The notes: generated by a model not told the origin, from the sequence alone. Positions 1-9,480 are shown, counted from the stretch's first letter. The stretch: DNA of 64,000 nucleotides from Patescibacteria group bacterium (GCA_041737595.1 JBGSRK010000014.1:118-64117); one strand, 5' to 3'. Numbers and translations: made by a program.

Positions 1-8
1 TTGTTCCA

Positions 9-100
9 GTGATTGTCGGAATTGTCGTAGTTGACGTTCGCGAGTCCACCGTTGTCGGAGTTACCACCGATCAAGCGGTTCGAAGCACTCTTGAAATATT
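9..100 (-). repeat. Copy R1 of a conserved 63-nt segment encoding FKSASNRLIGGNSDNGGLANV on the minus strand. It is about 88% identical to 460-535 and lies in a reading frame that stays open to the window edge.
   Basis: Direct comparison of 32-95 with 468-531. The minus-strand frame has a stop at 99-101 and no ATG after it. Confidence 0.5.
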
Positions 101-403
101 ATCTTCCTTCGTCCATGCACCATGGCTTCATTGCTGTTGCCATTGTATTTTATCAGAGAGCTGCATCAGTATCAGAACCTCTCATAAAGGAAGACAAGGA
201 GTTTCTTTTCCTTCTTTTGGAAGGGAGTAACAGTCCGTCTACCAGCCGTAACCGATAAACCGATGAGACGTCACCCGTAAACATGATATATGTAAATCGT
301 GGGAATTGCTATTTTGTAGCGAAAGGCTCCGCCTTGCAAGAGCAAGACGGAGCCTTGGGATCCCAAGGAACCAAGTTCCAAGTGACCAATGTAGGCCTTC
401 GGC

Positions 404-1342
404 CTACGCCAGAACTCCCAGAGGACGGACCGCGTGGCTGCGCCAGCGACTGCCGGAAGTGTCGTCCACGACGTTCGCGAGTCCACCGTAGTCGGAGCGA
501 CCACCGATAAAGCGGGACGAAGCACTCTTGAAGAACTCCTCGTACCAACACCAGGTGCTGGTGGTGCCGTCATCCTTGCGCGGCATGTTCATGTAGAGTT
601 GCGGGATGATGTTGGCCTCGATAGCCATCTCCAAGCGAACCTGAGTCGGCTCGAGGCCGAGGCGCTCAGCAATGGCCGCCTTCAAGTGGTCTTCCCACTC
701 GATGGAGGAGATGCCGAAGCGACTGGTCTGCGGACCGTACTGGTAGCGTGCGAGCTTACCATCCTTGCGGAGGCGGTCGATCACGCGACCCATGAAATCA
801 CGGTCCTTGGCGAACATCTGCTTGCCGTCGTTATAGTTCGGCTTCTTGCGGGTGTCGATGAGGACGACCCTTCCTGGGAGAAGGTCACCACTCGCCTTGA
901 CGAGGGTTCCATCATCGTTACGGTGATACAGGTTGCCGTTTTCGGCCTGATCCCAGTACCAGCTCTCGGGCTGGATCTTCCAGCCATCAAACGACGTGTT
1001 ACGCATGAGGACAGTCGACGGCAAGAAGTGGACTTCAAGGCCCAGCTTCTTCCACTCGGCGATCTTCGCGTAACCGTAGCGCTCGATGGTCTCCCGCATC
1101 AGCGTGAGGTCGAACTCCTGGCCAAAGAAGGCCAGGTGGGCGACACGTTCCGCGTCGAGAAGGTTCATGACCCACTCGTCGGGGATGAATGCCGAACTAC
1201 CGTTGATCGCTTGCGCGATCTTGTCCAGTGTTGCCGCGTTGTTCTTGGCAACTTTGAACACCTCCATGGTGACGCCGCGCTTTACGAGCTTGCGCTCAAA
1301 GTCGGCGCCGTCGGATAACGATTCGAACAATTTCTCAGACAT
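404..1342 (-). CDS. Hypothetical protein (312 aa), high GC (about 58%). Its C-terminus carries the FKSASSRFIGGRSDYGGLANV motif. Likely horizontally acquired.
   Basis: Long ORF with GC3-rich codons. An RBS aggagatgg lies upstream of the ATG at 1342. The stop codon sits inside the hairpin gtaggccttcggcctac. Confidence 0.6.
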   Translation of the reverse strand: MSEKLFESLSDGADFERKLVKRGVTMEVFKVAKNNAATLDKIAQAINGSSAFIPDEWVMNLLDAERVAHLAFFGQEFDLTLMRETIERYGYAKIAEWKKLGLEVHFLPSTVLMRNTSFDGWKIQPESWYWDQAENGNLYHRNDDGTLVKASGDLLPGRVVLIDTRKKPNYNDGKQMFAKDRDFMGRVIDRLRKDGKLARYQYGPQTSRFGISSIEWEDHLKAAIAERLGLEPTQVRLEMAIEANIIPQLYMNMPRKDDGTTSTWCWYEEFFKSASSRFIGGRSDYGGLANVVDDTSGSRWRSHAVRPLGVLA

Positions 1343-1607
1343 GTGACCATCTCCTATGGTCGTGGCATCCTCTGATGCCTCCGCTCCCTTATTGGAGCAG
1401 CAAAGAAATTACGAATTTCAATTTCATAAGTTCTTTGCCACCCCAATTTGGGATTCTGTAAATTCTGACTTGCAAGGTACAATAGTACGTGATTATAGCA
1501 TAGTTTATATGGTTCTGTCAAGATTTTTGTGGCTAACTCTACGGATTCCCACTCAAAAACACTCTCGGATTGATGGGAATGTGGAATACATTGATTTGAA
1601 AGTGTAG

Positions 1608-2101
1608 ATGCGGACCCGTAGACCAACCTGTATCTCCACGAGTGCCGACAATAGTGCCCATTTCCACCTCTTGCCCCTTAACAACACTTATTACAATAGA
1701 ATATCATTCTGGCAGAAGAAGAAAGATCAAGCCGATGTTGATCTGAAAGAGCTTTATAAATTTCGACAGTCACTTATTGAGAAGAATATTTCTGGCGTTT
1801 ACTCAGACGATATTTTCAAGGAACAAAATGCGATACTTGAGGGAAAGATAAAGGACGTTATGTTTGTAAAAAGTGATGAAGTAATGACAAAGTACAATCT
1901 TGAGTCAATTACGAAGTTTATAGAAAACAAGTTTGAAAACCTCGCTGAGACATACAAAAACTCCAACCTAGATCAGGTCAGAGCTCTTATGTGTTCGATA
2001 TTTCCATCTGGATTGCAGTGGAACTATTCGGGCTATTCGAACACCGATATTTCCCCTTTCTACAAGGGAATTATGACTATGAAAGATGGGGGTGTCTCTT
2101 T
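1608..2101 (+). CDS. Hypothetical protein or gene fragment. The ORF as drawn runs into tRNA-Glu, and its N-terminal third is low complexity.
   Basis: Six-frame ORF 1608..2150 on the plus strand. AT-rich, native-like codon usage. The true start may be internal. Confidence 0.25.
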
Positions 2102-2176
2102 TGGTAGTCCCAACGGGAGTCGAACCCGTGTTACTAGAATGAGAATCTAGCGTCCTAACCACTAGACGATGGGACC
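2102..2176 (-). tRNA. tRNA-Glu, anticodon CTC, 75 nt, with the CCA end encoded.
   Basis: Reverse complement reads GGTCCCATCGTCTAGTGGTTAGGACGCTAGATTCTCATTCTAGTAACACGGGTTCGACTCCCGTTGGGACTACCA. It folds as a cloverleaf with a 7-bp acceptor stem, loop TTCTCAT with U33 and A37, and T-loop TTCGACT. Confidence 0.85.
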
Positions 2177-2421
2177 TCGTCGGAATCATTTGTCAGGTTT
2201 GGACTTTGGCTTAAGCCAAGTCTACATTTTTTCAAGATCTCTCCTCTCCAATCAAAATCGACAGATTTTAACTAAAAAGAAACTAATTAACCAAACTGAC
2301 TTCTATAAATTTTATTGCGAAATTGATTTTAACAAAAATAACTCTCTTATTCAATCATTCAATATAATTAATAAGAAACCATCTAGAATATTTTATTAAA
2401 AAGTTAATTATAAAATAGTTA

Positions 2422-2829
2422 TTATTCGGCGAGTTCTGCTTGTTCTGTTGATAGGCCATCAAGAAACTCATTAATTTGTTTTTTTTCTTCTTCACCCATT
2501 TCAATATAACTTCCAAAAAAATCCATCCAAACAATTTCTGGTTCAACTGGCATCCCCATTTCAATGAATTCTTGATAATACCCAGTATTGTTATCTAAAT
2601 ATGACTGGAGTAATGTTGTTTTCTTTTCAATGTCTTTAATACTATATAATTTTGCTTGTAGTTCTAATATTATTTGTTGGTATTGTTCTTCTTGATCTTT
2701 TATTTCTTGGCTGGTTTCTGCAGTAATTTCAGGTAAAGCTTGTTTTAAAATATCTATTCTATCAATCTCTGCTTGTATTTCCTTATCAGTATTTATTTCT
2801 GGTGTGCCTTCTACTTCTAATCCATCCAT
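2422..2829 (-). CDS. Hypothetical acidic protein (135 aa).
   Basis: ORF with native AT-rich codon usage. Confidence 0.5.
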   Translation of the reverse strand: MDGLEVEGTPEINTDKEIQAEIDRIDILKQALPEITAETSQEIKDQEEQYQQIILELQAKLYSIKDIEKKTTLLQSYLDNNTGYYQEFIEMGMPVEPEIVWMDFFGSYIEMGEEEKKQINEFLDGLSTEQAELAE

Positions 2830-2865
2830 AATATTCTCCTTTTATAAAACTATAATATCAAATAA

Positions 2866-2898
2866 TAAAATAATCCGCCAGTTGGCGGATTATTTTAT
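2866..2898 (-). terminator. Rho-independent terminator downstream of the small zinc-ribbon gene.
   Basis: Hairpin aatccgccagttggcggatt at 2872-2891 with T/A-rich flanks on both sides. Confidence 0.6.
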
Positions 2899-2935
2899 TG
2901 AAGAGATATCTCTCAAGTTCTCTTTAAATTTCGAA

Positions 2936-3082
2936 TTATGCTTTACCCATAATTCTGTACATTCCTGTACCACATTCAGGACATTTGCCCTTCATTGCTT
3001 TTCGTCCGTTTTTCATTGTTACTTCTTCTGCATCAGCCATTTCTCTTTTGGCTTTACATTTTACGCAATATCCTTCTGCCAT
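2936..3082 (-). CDS. Small zinc-ribbon protein (48 aa), DUF5679-like. It reads MAEGYCVKCKAKREMADAEEVTMKNGRKAMKGKCPECGTGMYRIMGKA. It is absent from the supplied ORF track because it is under 60 aa.
   Basis: Hand translation. RBS ggagg lies 6 nt upstream of the ATG. Two CxxC pairs are present. It is followed by the terminator above. Confidence 0.6.
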   Translation of the reverse strand: MAEGYCVKCKAKREMADAEEVTMKNGRKAMKGKCPECGTGMYRIMGKA

Positions 3083-3223
3083 CTTTGCCTCCTTTCAAGG
3101 TTTAGACTTAATAATACGCTTGATATAAGAATGAGCCACCGCTTTTAGCTTGTCAAGCACAATTTGTGGATAAGTAAGATAACTTGTACCCCTAAATTAT
3201 ATACTTTCCCCTTTATAAAGGTA

Positions 3224-4144
3224 TTAATTGCTTTTTTTAAATTCTGTAAAAATATCTACTGCAGCGACTGCTCCTTCGCTTGCGGCCGTAACTATTTGTC
3301 TTAAACCATTTGAATTTGTAGTAATATCTCCGGCTGCCCAAACACCTTTTACAGAGGTTTTTTGTGCCACATCTACGATAACTAGATCTTTGTCTGTTGT
3401 TTTGAGCCCTAATGATTTATAAAGTATTGTCTGAGGTGTTTGCCCAATCTCTATAAATACGCCATCTAATTTTAATTCATTTTTTTTACCTTCAAGTAAA
3501 ATACTTTCTACTTTGTCTACTCCATGAATTTCTTTAACATTTGTTTCAAATAAAATTTCTATTCTTTTATCTTTTTTTAATTTATCTTGCCAAGCTGGTT
3601 CTGCGCGGAGCTCAGGTTTTCTTACAATTAAATAAACTTTCTTTGCAATATCAGCAAGATAAAGGGCAGCAGTGACAGCAGAATCTCCACCACCAACAAC
3701 GGCAACAATTTTTTCTCTATAAAAAAATCCGTCACAAGTGGCACAATACGCAACTCCTTTACCTTCAAGTTCGTTTTCCCCTGGCACACCTAATTTATTT
3801 CTTGCCATTCCTAATGCTAAAAGAACAGATTTTGCTTGATATTCAGCGTTTCTACCTAATAAAGTAAATCCTTCTTTTGTTTTAATGATCGATTGTATAT
3901 CATCAGATTTTGGGCTTGCCCCAAAACGCCTTAGTTGATTAAGCATTCTGTCTGCAAGATCGTGTCCTGGTGTAACATCTTCAAGCCCAGGATAATTTTC
4001 AATGTCATAAGACTCTGACATATTACCACCAGGTGTTTGTCCAATTATCTCAAAATCTACTTTATATCTTGCAGCATAAATTCCAGCAGATATCCCTGCT
4101 GGTCCAGCTCCTACAATTACTAAATCATGTTTCTCTCTTTTCAT
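3224..4144 (-). CDS. trxB: Thioredoxin-disulfide reductase.
   Basis: GAGPAG FAD motif, the CATC redox-active motif, and a second NAD(P) GGGDSA motif. Confidence 0.9.
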   Translation of the reverse strand: MKREKHDLVIVGAGPAGISAGIYAARYKVDFEIIGQTPGGNMSESYDIENYPGLEDVTPGHDLADRMLNQLRRFGASPKSDDIQSIIKTKEGFTLLGRNAEYQAKSVLLALGMARNKLGVPGENELEGKGVAYCATCDGFFYREKIVAVVGGGDSAVTAALYLADIAKKVYLIVRKPELRAEPAWQDKLKKDKRIEILFETNVKEIHGVDKVESILLEGKKNELKLDGVFIEIGQTPQTILYKSLGLKTTDKDLVIVDVAQKTSVKGVWAAGDITTNSNGLRQIVTAASEGAVAAVDIFTEFKKSN

Positions 4145-4218
4145 AATAACCTTTCTAACAACGTCTTATTATAACACAACAAATATTTTGAATTTTAAAC
4201 GAAAATTATGGCCTAATA

Positions 4219-5124
4219 CTAAGCAATCCCTGCAAACCCGAAAGACATTAATCCTAATACGACTGCAGATAAAAGTAGTGCAACTCTGAAATTAAAAAGG
4301 TGACTTCTTGAGGCGTTGAGACCTAATCTTCTAATCATTATTCCATCTACTATAATTAATCCAAAGATAAAAAACCAAAGCGCAAAATAAGGAGCCTTAG
4401 AAGGGAATGTAGTATTGTCTAATGAAAATTCTGGGATTAATTTTTGGCTACCAAGTACATTTTGTGTTTCTGAATCTTTCGCACTAGCAAAAGCAGTTTT
4501 AGGTTCACCGAAAATTTGGACAACGACTGTGGTTAAATTTCCGTTAATTTTACCACTACCAACCGCAACACCAATTTCTTGAAATCTATTATTTAAAATA
4601 TTTTCTTTGTGAGTAGGGCTATTCATCCATGCCTTAACTGTTTCGTCTGAGTTTGAAAATCCTCGGGCTAAATTTTCTCCGGCAAGTAAATATTGATATC
4701 CTGTATTCGAAACAAAATCCCATGCTGTTTCACCATTTGGTCCCGAGTGATCCCAATAATTTTTATTAAACATATCTTTGAGTTTTAATTCAGCGGCTTT
4801 GTCTAAAGTTTCATTTTCATATAGTTCATTAAGATTAATATTATCTCTCTCTTTATTCGAAAGAATAATAATGTTTTTTGCAATTGCTTTTGCATCTCCA
4901 TTCATTATTACAGGACCAGAATACATTGTTGTTCCCATCATAAATTGTGAAACGAGTAGCGCTATTGAATATAAAGATAGTGCTTTGTGACGGAAAGCAT
5001 GAGGGCGATAGGCATTCCCTTTATGAGGAACAAATAAATGTTTGAACAGTTTTTTAATTCTTTTGAGCATTATCCCCTGCAACTTTTTTAACTGTAGAAA
5101 ATAGTGATTCTGGAGTTGAATCAA
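4219..5124 (-). CDS. Membrane-anchored CAP/SCP/PR1-like domain protein. The start is probably internal, because the ORF overlaps the upstream receiver gene.
   Basis: Residues GENLARG ... HSGPNGE ... NSPTHKENIL look like CAP-domain motifs. N-terminal and C-terminal hydrophobic helices are present. Confidence 0.55.
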   Translation of the reverse strand: MIQLQNHYFLQLKKLQGIMLKRIKKLFKHLFVPHKGNAYRPHAFRHKALSLYSIALLVSQFMMGTTMYSGPVIMNGDAKAIAKNIIILSNKERDNINLNELYENETLDKAAELKLKDMFNKNYWDHSGPNGETAWDFVSNTGYQYLLAGENLARGFSNSDETVKAWMNSPTHKENILNNRFQEIGVAVGSGKINGNLTTVVVQIFGEPKTAFASAKDSETQNVLGSQKLIPEFSLDNTTFPSKAPYFALWFFIFGLIIVDGIMIRRLGLNASRSHLFNFRVALLLSAVVLGLMSFGFAGIA

Positions 5125-5434
5125 CTTTTAAAACAAACTCATCTGCACCATATGTAAGACATTTTTCTCGATTATATTTATCTCCATAGTTTGTATAAAT
5201 AACAATTGGTGTTTTAGCAGTTTTTCCATCTTGGCGTAATAACTCCAAAACCTCAATACCAGATAGGCCTGGTAACATTAAATCAAGAACAATAATGTCG
5301 GGGTTAGTTTCTTTAGCCATTTGCACCCCACCACTTCCTTCGTGGCAAATAGTAACGTTCCAGCCTTCAGATGTAAATTTTTGAGAATACATTGCAGAAA
5401 GTTGTTTATCATCTTCTATTAATAATAATTTCAT
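5054..5434 (-). CDS. Single-domain response regulator (receiver only).
   Basis: The DD...D...K receiver pattern: MKLLLIEDD, DLMLPG, and the phospho-acceptor Asp context. Confidence 0.75.
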   Translation of the reverse strand: MKLLLIEDDKQLSAMYSQKFTSEGWNVTICHEGSGGVQMAKETNPDIIVLDLMLPGLSGIEVLELLRQDGKTAKTPIVIYTNYGDKYNREKCLTYGADEFVLKVDSTPESLFSTVKKVAGDNAQKN

Positions 5435-5442
5435 ATAACTCC

Positions 5443-5625
5443 TTATTTTAATAAAAATAGCAGTCCAATTATTGCATGGAAAATTGCAATAATTAATAAT
5501 AAAACCCCACCAATTTTATGCCAGCTAAAAGGAACCTTAATTTTACCCAAACCAGACAAAACTTGGAAGGTTAAGTAACTTAAAATAAAGACTCCACCTA
5601 AGATAATAATATATTTTATTTGCAT
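5443..5625 (-). CDS. Small hydrophobic membrane protein (60 aa).
   Basis: ORF with two predicted TM helices. Confidence 0.35.
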   Translation of the reverse strand: MQIKYIIILGGVFILSYLTFQVLSGLGKIKVPFSWHKIGGVLLLIIAIFHAIIGLLFLLK

Positions 5626-5659
5626 AAATATATTATAGCAAATATTAACTATTTTTACG

Positions 5660-6313
5660 TTATTTAAGAGTTCCGACTACTGGATATTTTGTGATAGATG
5701 ATTTTACATGTCTAGAATAAAAAGCATCTGTAAGATCTACTCCAGCGGGATGACCATAATGGTAACCATTTACAAAAACACTTGTAAGGTCATATACAGT
5801 TCCATCTATTGCAAGATAAGCAGGTTGATCATTTTTCCCATCATATTGGGCAAGTTCATCTGTAGTATAATATTTTTCAGTTTGAGTGTTTGAGACATTT
5901 GTTGTGGTGTCTTTAGTTATAATACTAGTAGTATTATCTATTTGAGTTGTTTGGTCTTGATTTGTAATTGCACTAACACTCTCTGTTTTTGGTTTATAAA
6001 TATATATTAAATCAACATATAAAAATCCTAAAACAAATATTAAATAGAATAATATAAGAAAAATTTTGCTAAAAATATTCCAAATTTTCCAACGCATAAA
6101 TGAAAGTCTTATCGCATAAAATGAATGTATAGTAAAAAAGATTAACCCCAAAATTGGTAAAAGATTATTATGGAGATTTGTAGCTATACTTGGGTCTATT
6201 ATTCCCTTTGTCATTCCAAAGCCACTAATAAAATAGGTAAACATAACAAAAAGCAATCCCCAGGCAGCAACCCTATCAATTTTACACATATAGTAACTCA
6301 GACATTTACTCAA
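5660..6313 (-). CDS. Membrane protein with a C-terminal cytochrome b5-like heme/steroid-binding domain.
   Basis: N-terminal TM helices. C-terminal DELAQYDGKND...GYHYGHPAGVDLTDAF resembles the b5 HPGG motif. Confidence 0.5.
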   Translation of the reverse strand: MSKCLSYYMCKIDRVAAWGLLFVMFTYFISGFGMTKGIIDPSIATNLHNNLLPILGLIFFTIHSFYAIRLSFMRWKIWNIFSKIFLILFYLIFVLGFLYVDLIYIYKPKTESVSAITNQDQTTQIDNTTSIITKDTTTNVSNTQTEKYYTTDELAQYDGKNDQPAYLAIDGTVYDLTSVFVNGYHYGHPAGVDLTDAFYSRHVKSSITKYPVVGTLK

Positions 6314-6322
6314 TGGACCCTC

Positions 6323-6994
6323 CTATTTTTTTTCTAATTTACCATCTTTTAGTGAAAAAGTCAGATCAGTTTTGCCCGCAACAGAAAGATCATGAGTAAC
6401 AGCTACAATAGTTGTATTCTCAGAACGTGAAAGTTTGTGTAATAAATCAAAAATTATTTTTCCGGTAGCACTATCAAGATTCCCTGTTGGTTCATCTGCT
6501 AGAATTAACTTTGGTTTATTTGCAAGCGCACGAGCTATTGCTACTCTTTGTTGTTCCCCACCAGAAAGCTTTCCAGGTTTTCTATTATGTTTGTCTTTAC
6601 TTAACCCAACTTCTATTAGCAGTTTAGAAGCTCTTTCTGCTCTTTCTATTTTCTTTACATGAGCAAATTCCATGGCAATCATAATATTTTCTATAGCAGT
6701 AAGATTTGGGATTAAATTATAGTTTTGAAAAACAAAACCAATTTTTTTTGAACGGTAATCTACTTGCTGTGCTTCAGTCATTAACACAACATCTTTCCCA
6801 TCTATAATTACTTCTCCTGAAGTTGGTTTATCTAAAGCCCCAAGAATTGAAAGTAATGTACTTTTACCACTTCCACTTTTACCAATAATTGAAACAAATT
6901 TTCCTTGTGGGATACTAAGTGAAATATTATTTACAGCTTTTACAATGTTGTCGCCAGATTTATAGATTTTTGTTGCTTTTTTTACTTCTAACAT
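6323..6994 (-). CDS. ABC transporter ATP-binding protein of the MacB/LolD-like family.
   Basis: Walker [10 protein letters not shown], signature [14 protein letters not shown], Walker [12 protein letters not shown]. Confidence 0.85.
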   Translation of the reverse strand: MLEVKKATKIYKSGDNIVKAVNNISLSIPQGKFVSIIGKSGSGKSTLLSILGALDKPTSGEVIIDGKDVVLMTEAQQVDYRSKKIGFVFQNYNLIPNLTAIENIMIAMEFAHVKKIERAERASKLLIEVGLSKDKHNRKPGKLSGGEQQRVAIARALANKPKLILADEPTGNLDSATGKIIFDLLHKLSRSENTTIVAVTHDLSVAGKTDLTFSLKDGKLEKK

Positions 6995-7003
6995 ATTTAC
7001 TCC

Positions 7004-8353
7004 TTATTCCGCCCTCATTACTTCGGCGGGTCTTACTTTTGATATAAAATAGGCTGGGATTGCACTGCCAACAATTGCGATAATAAATGCAGCTAAAATT
7101 GCATACAAAATGATATCAGGACCAACATTAACTTGAATATTTTTAATATTTGTTGTTCCCATTTCCATTATTCTTCCCATACCTCTACCTGCTTGTTGGG
7201 GTGCTTGTGTTGTTGAACTACTACTATTTTGAACCAATAATTTTGTAATTGGGCTTGCACCTAAGAATCCTATAAATGTTCCGATTATCATCCCCATAGA
7301 AGTCAAGGTGATTGATTCAACTATAAATTGAGCCATCACCCTTATATTTGTAGCCCCAATTGCCTTTAGAACTCCAATTTCACGTCTTCTTTCGCGCACA
7401 ATCATCATCATTGTGAGCAAAATAATAACAGCACCAGCTATCATTGACCCAATTAAACTTATTGTAGAAATACTTTTAATATTTTCAAGTGGTTCAATAG
7501 CAGTTTTTGCTTGATCTGCTCCATTCGTAATATCTACTGAGTCTCCTAGTACATTTTTTGCTTCAGTTACTACTTCATCAATATCACTAATTGAAGCTAC
7601 GGTTACTATTGCACTTGAAATCTCTCCAGTTTGTTCAGTTAGTGTTTGAAGAGATATAAGAGGAACAATTACCTGGTTGTTGGAAAAGCTATTACCAGAA
7701 TCATAAATGCCTACCACTTTTATATCTTTGTCATATGCTGTAAATGTTGAACCTAAAACAAGAGAGTTCTTTTCAGCAAGATCCTTCCCAATGATAGAAA
7801 TATTTTCTGTTTCATCTCCATTAAATACTTCTCCTGAAGTTAATTTAAAATCACCTCCTCCAATACTTTGAGATAGATTTGTTGGATTATTTGTTCCAAG
7901 GATCATTACGGGTGGAGTAAAAGATCTTGTAGTAGAAGTTGATGTTGTCCCTTCGGTTGGTGTATCAGATGGTGGTTGTCCTCCACCAGTTTGGTTAAAT
8001 CTTTGCCCAAGTGAACCAGCATCAATTGCAGAAACTAAACTTGAATTATCCGTTGTTAATCTATTATTTAAACTCTGAATAGTACCAGTAACATTTTTTA
8101 TTTCATTAACCTTATCAATTTGAGCACTTGTTAAAGGTTCTCCTCCTCCTTCAAATCCTCTTACTCCCGCAGGAGAAATTGTTATAGTATTCCCTATTGA
8201 TGTTTTGACTGATGCAATCTTTTCATCAACCGCGTTTCTTGCAATCAACATGGTTAGGGTAAGCCCAATACTTAAACCTAAAATAAATACAATAGAAACT
8301 GTCCGAATAGAATTTCGGAAAGCATTTTTAATGCCTCTTTTAATTACCTCCAT
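7004..8353 (-). CDS. ABC transporter permease of the FtsX/MacB family, with a large extracytoplasmic domain.
   Basis: N-terminal TM helix, a long periplasmic segment, then a C-terminal FtsX-like 3-TM bundle. It is operonic with the ATPase. Confidence 0.8.
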   Translation of the reverse strand: MEVIKRGIKNAFRNSIRTVSIVFILGLSIGLTLTMLIARNAVDEKIASVKTSIGNTITISPAGVRGFEGGGEPLTSAQIDKVNEIKNVTGTIQSLNNRLTTDNSSLVSAIDAGSLGQRFNQTGGGQPPSDTPTEGTTSTSTTRSFTPPVMILGTNNPTNLSQSIGGGDFKLTSGEVFNGDETENISIIGKDLAEKNSLVLGSTFTAYDKDIKVVGIYDSGNSFSNNQVIVPLISLQTLTEQTGEISSAIVTVASISDIDEVVTEAKNVLGDSVDITNGADQAKTAIEPLENIKSISTISLIGSMIAGAVIILLTMMMIVRERRREIGVLKAIGATNIRVMAQFIVESITLTSMGMIIGTFIGFLGASPITKLLVQNSSSSTTQAPQQAGRGMGRIMEMGTTNIKNIQVNVGPDIILYAILAAFIIAIVGSAIPAYFISKVRPAEVMRAE

Positions 8354-8422
8354 AAAACTCCTTTTGTTTATACTATTTATTATACGTTAAGGTTTTGAAA
8401 TATATTTCAAAAAAAGTTTAGA

Positions 8423-9085
8423 TTAGACTATTTTTAATTTTGGCCATCGTTCTAACCATTTTTTATCTTCAATACGTTTATTAAAAATGTTTTCATAATA
8501 TTTATTATTTTGATGGCATGGTGCAATAATGAGTTTAAGTTTTAATAAATCATCAATTCCCCAAGGGGCTAATAACACTACATTATCATTTTCATCTAAA
8601 GCTGCAGCGACACAGGTTGCTGTTTCTACCCAATGTGCCAATCCATCTTCGGCAGAATTATATGGTGGTACATTATTATATTTATGGGCATAAGCTTGAT
8701 TTACAATTTCCCAATTTAAATCTAATTTTTTTTTAAGCTTTTTAGACAAAATTTCATCATTTTTTTCTGAACAATTATTTTTATCAAAATATGCCAGATC
8801 TATATCCTTATATAGGTATTGTGGTTCAAAATTATGTTGAATATCCCAAACAGTATCTCTAATAAACCCAGCTCCAATAAACCAATTAGGGAGATTTGCT
8901 GATTTTGCAGTTTTTAACACGCTCATCATAAAATCACTTTGTTCTATGAAGGTTATTAAATCTTTTTTATTATTAATCAAATATTTATTCCTATTTTGGA
9001 TGTAATTATTTATAAAATTTAATTCGGGAAGAGGGATTTTCCTCACTCCGATTCGGTATCCGGACGCTAGACTTAGAATGTTCAC
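8423..9085 (-). CDS. Putative nucleotidyltransferase-family protein. Its N-terminus is uncertain: the first roughly 25 codons of the ORF lie inside repeat (a).
   Basis: GAGFIRDTVWD...DIDLAYFD looks like a nucleotidyltransferase fold. Confidence 0.45.
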   Translation of the reverse strand: MNILSLASGYRIGVRKIPLPELNFINNYIQNRNKYLINNKKDLITFIEQSDFMMSVLKTAKSANLPNWFIGAGFIRDTVWDIQHNFEPQYLYKDIDLAYFDKNNCSEKNDEILSKKLKKKLDLNWEIVNQAYAHKYNNVPPYNSAEDGLAHWVETATCVAAALDENDNVVLLAPWGIDDLLKLKLIIAPCHQNNKYYENIFNKRIEDKKWLERWPKLKIV

Positions 9086-9125
9086 TCATTCACATTCTAC
9101 GCGCTCCCTTCGAATCATTCTTATC
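9024..9125 (-). repeat. Copy (a) of a roughly 100-nt repeat family. A second copy lies at 63898-64000. The minus-strand 3' end, AATCCCTCTTCCCGA, mimics the tRNA-Gln T-arm and acceptor 3' strand.
   Basis: Pairwise comparison with 63898-64000 gives about 75% identity. The shared string GGGAGGAGGGATTCG also occurs as the reverse complement of the tRNA-Gln 3' end. Confidence 0.5.
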
Positions 9126-9144
9126 TTATCATAATCAAACTTCT

Positions 9145-9219
9145 TGGTTCGGGAGGAGGGATTCGAACCCCCGAATGCATGGACCAGAACCATGTGCCTT
9201 ACCACTTGGCGACTCCCGA
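9145..9219 (-). tRNA. tRNA-Gln, anticodon CTG, 75 nt, with the CCA end encoded.
   Basis: Reverse complement reads TCGGGAGTCGCCAAGTGGTAAGGCACATGGTTCTGGTCCATGCATTCGGGGGTTCGAATCCCTCCTCCCGAACCA. It has a perfect 7-bp acceptor stem, loop TTCTGGT, and T-loop TTCGAAT. Confidence 0.85.
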
Positions 9220-9465
9220 TTATAAATTATCAAATAACTTTTTTAATTTCTTACCACCTCTCAGAGTCTTCGAGTATTTTTCCCTTTTTAAAGCCTCGTC
9301 ATATGTTGTAAATGACTCAGAATAAATTAGAATTAATGGTCTTCTACTTTTGGTGGCAAATACGCGACCCATTTTATGGTCTAAAAGTCTTTTGGTCAAA
9401 TTTGAGGTGGAACCCTTGTATAGCTTTCCGTCTTTTTCGCTACGTAATACATAAAAGTGATTCAT
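9220..9465 (-). CDS. GIY-YIG nuclease-family protein of the UPF0213/COG2827 type. The start is taken at MNHFYV, and the stop codon directly abuts the tRNA-Gln 5' end.
   Basis: MNHFYVLRSEKDGKLYKGSTSNLTKRLLDHK...RRPLILIYSE...AL.REK matches the GIY-YIG consensus. The ORF 9220..9540 extends upstream through a tRNA-derived leader. Confidence 0.7.
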   Translation of the reverse strand: MNHFYVLRSEKDGKLYKGSTSNLTKRLLDHKMGRVFATKSRRPLILIYSESFTTYDEALKREKYSKTLRGGKKLKKLFDNL

Positions 9466-9480
9466 AGTCTCTCTTATCTT

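Noticed and set aside
9-573. Plus-strand ORFs 9..230, 31..258, 283..510 and 306..491, and minus-strand ORFs 271..573 and 309..551.
   Set aside because: These are alternative-frame or antisense ORFs inside or next to high-GC DNA. Stop-poor GC-rich sequence produces spurious long frames, and Arg/Ser/Pro-rich composition is typical of off-frame translation.
8423-9085. N-terminal 25 codons of the nucleotidyltransferase-like ORF (MNILSLASGYRIGVRKIPLPE).
   Set aside because: They are a translation of repeat (a), which is tRNA-related DNA. The real start is probably downstream, but no unambiguous internal start was found.
9024-9125. Possibility that repeat copies (a) and (b) are the 5' end of RNase P RNA (aagtccgg resembles the P4 strand) or of tmRNA (gattcga).
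   Set aside because: Copy (a) is only about 100 nt long before it runs into tRNA-Gln on the opposite strand. No further RNase P or tmRNA conserved regions follow. The similarity is better explained by derivation from the tRNA-Gln 3' end.
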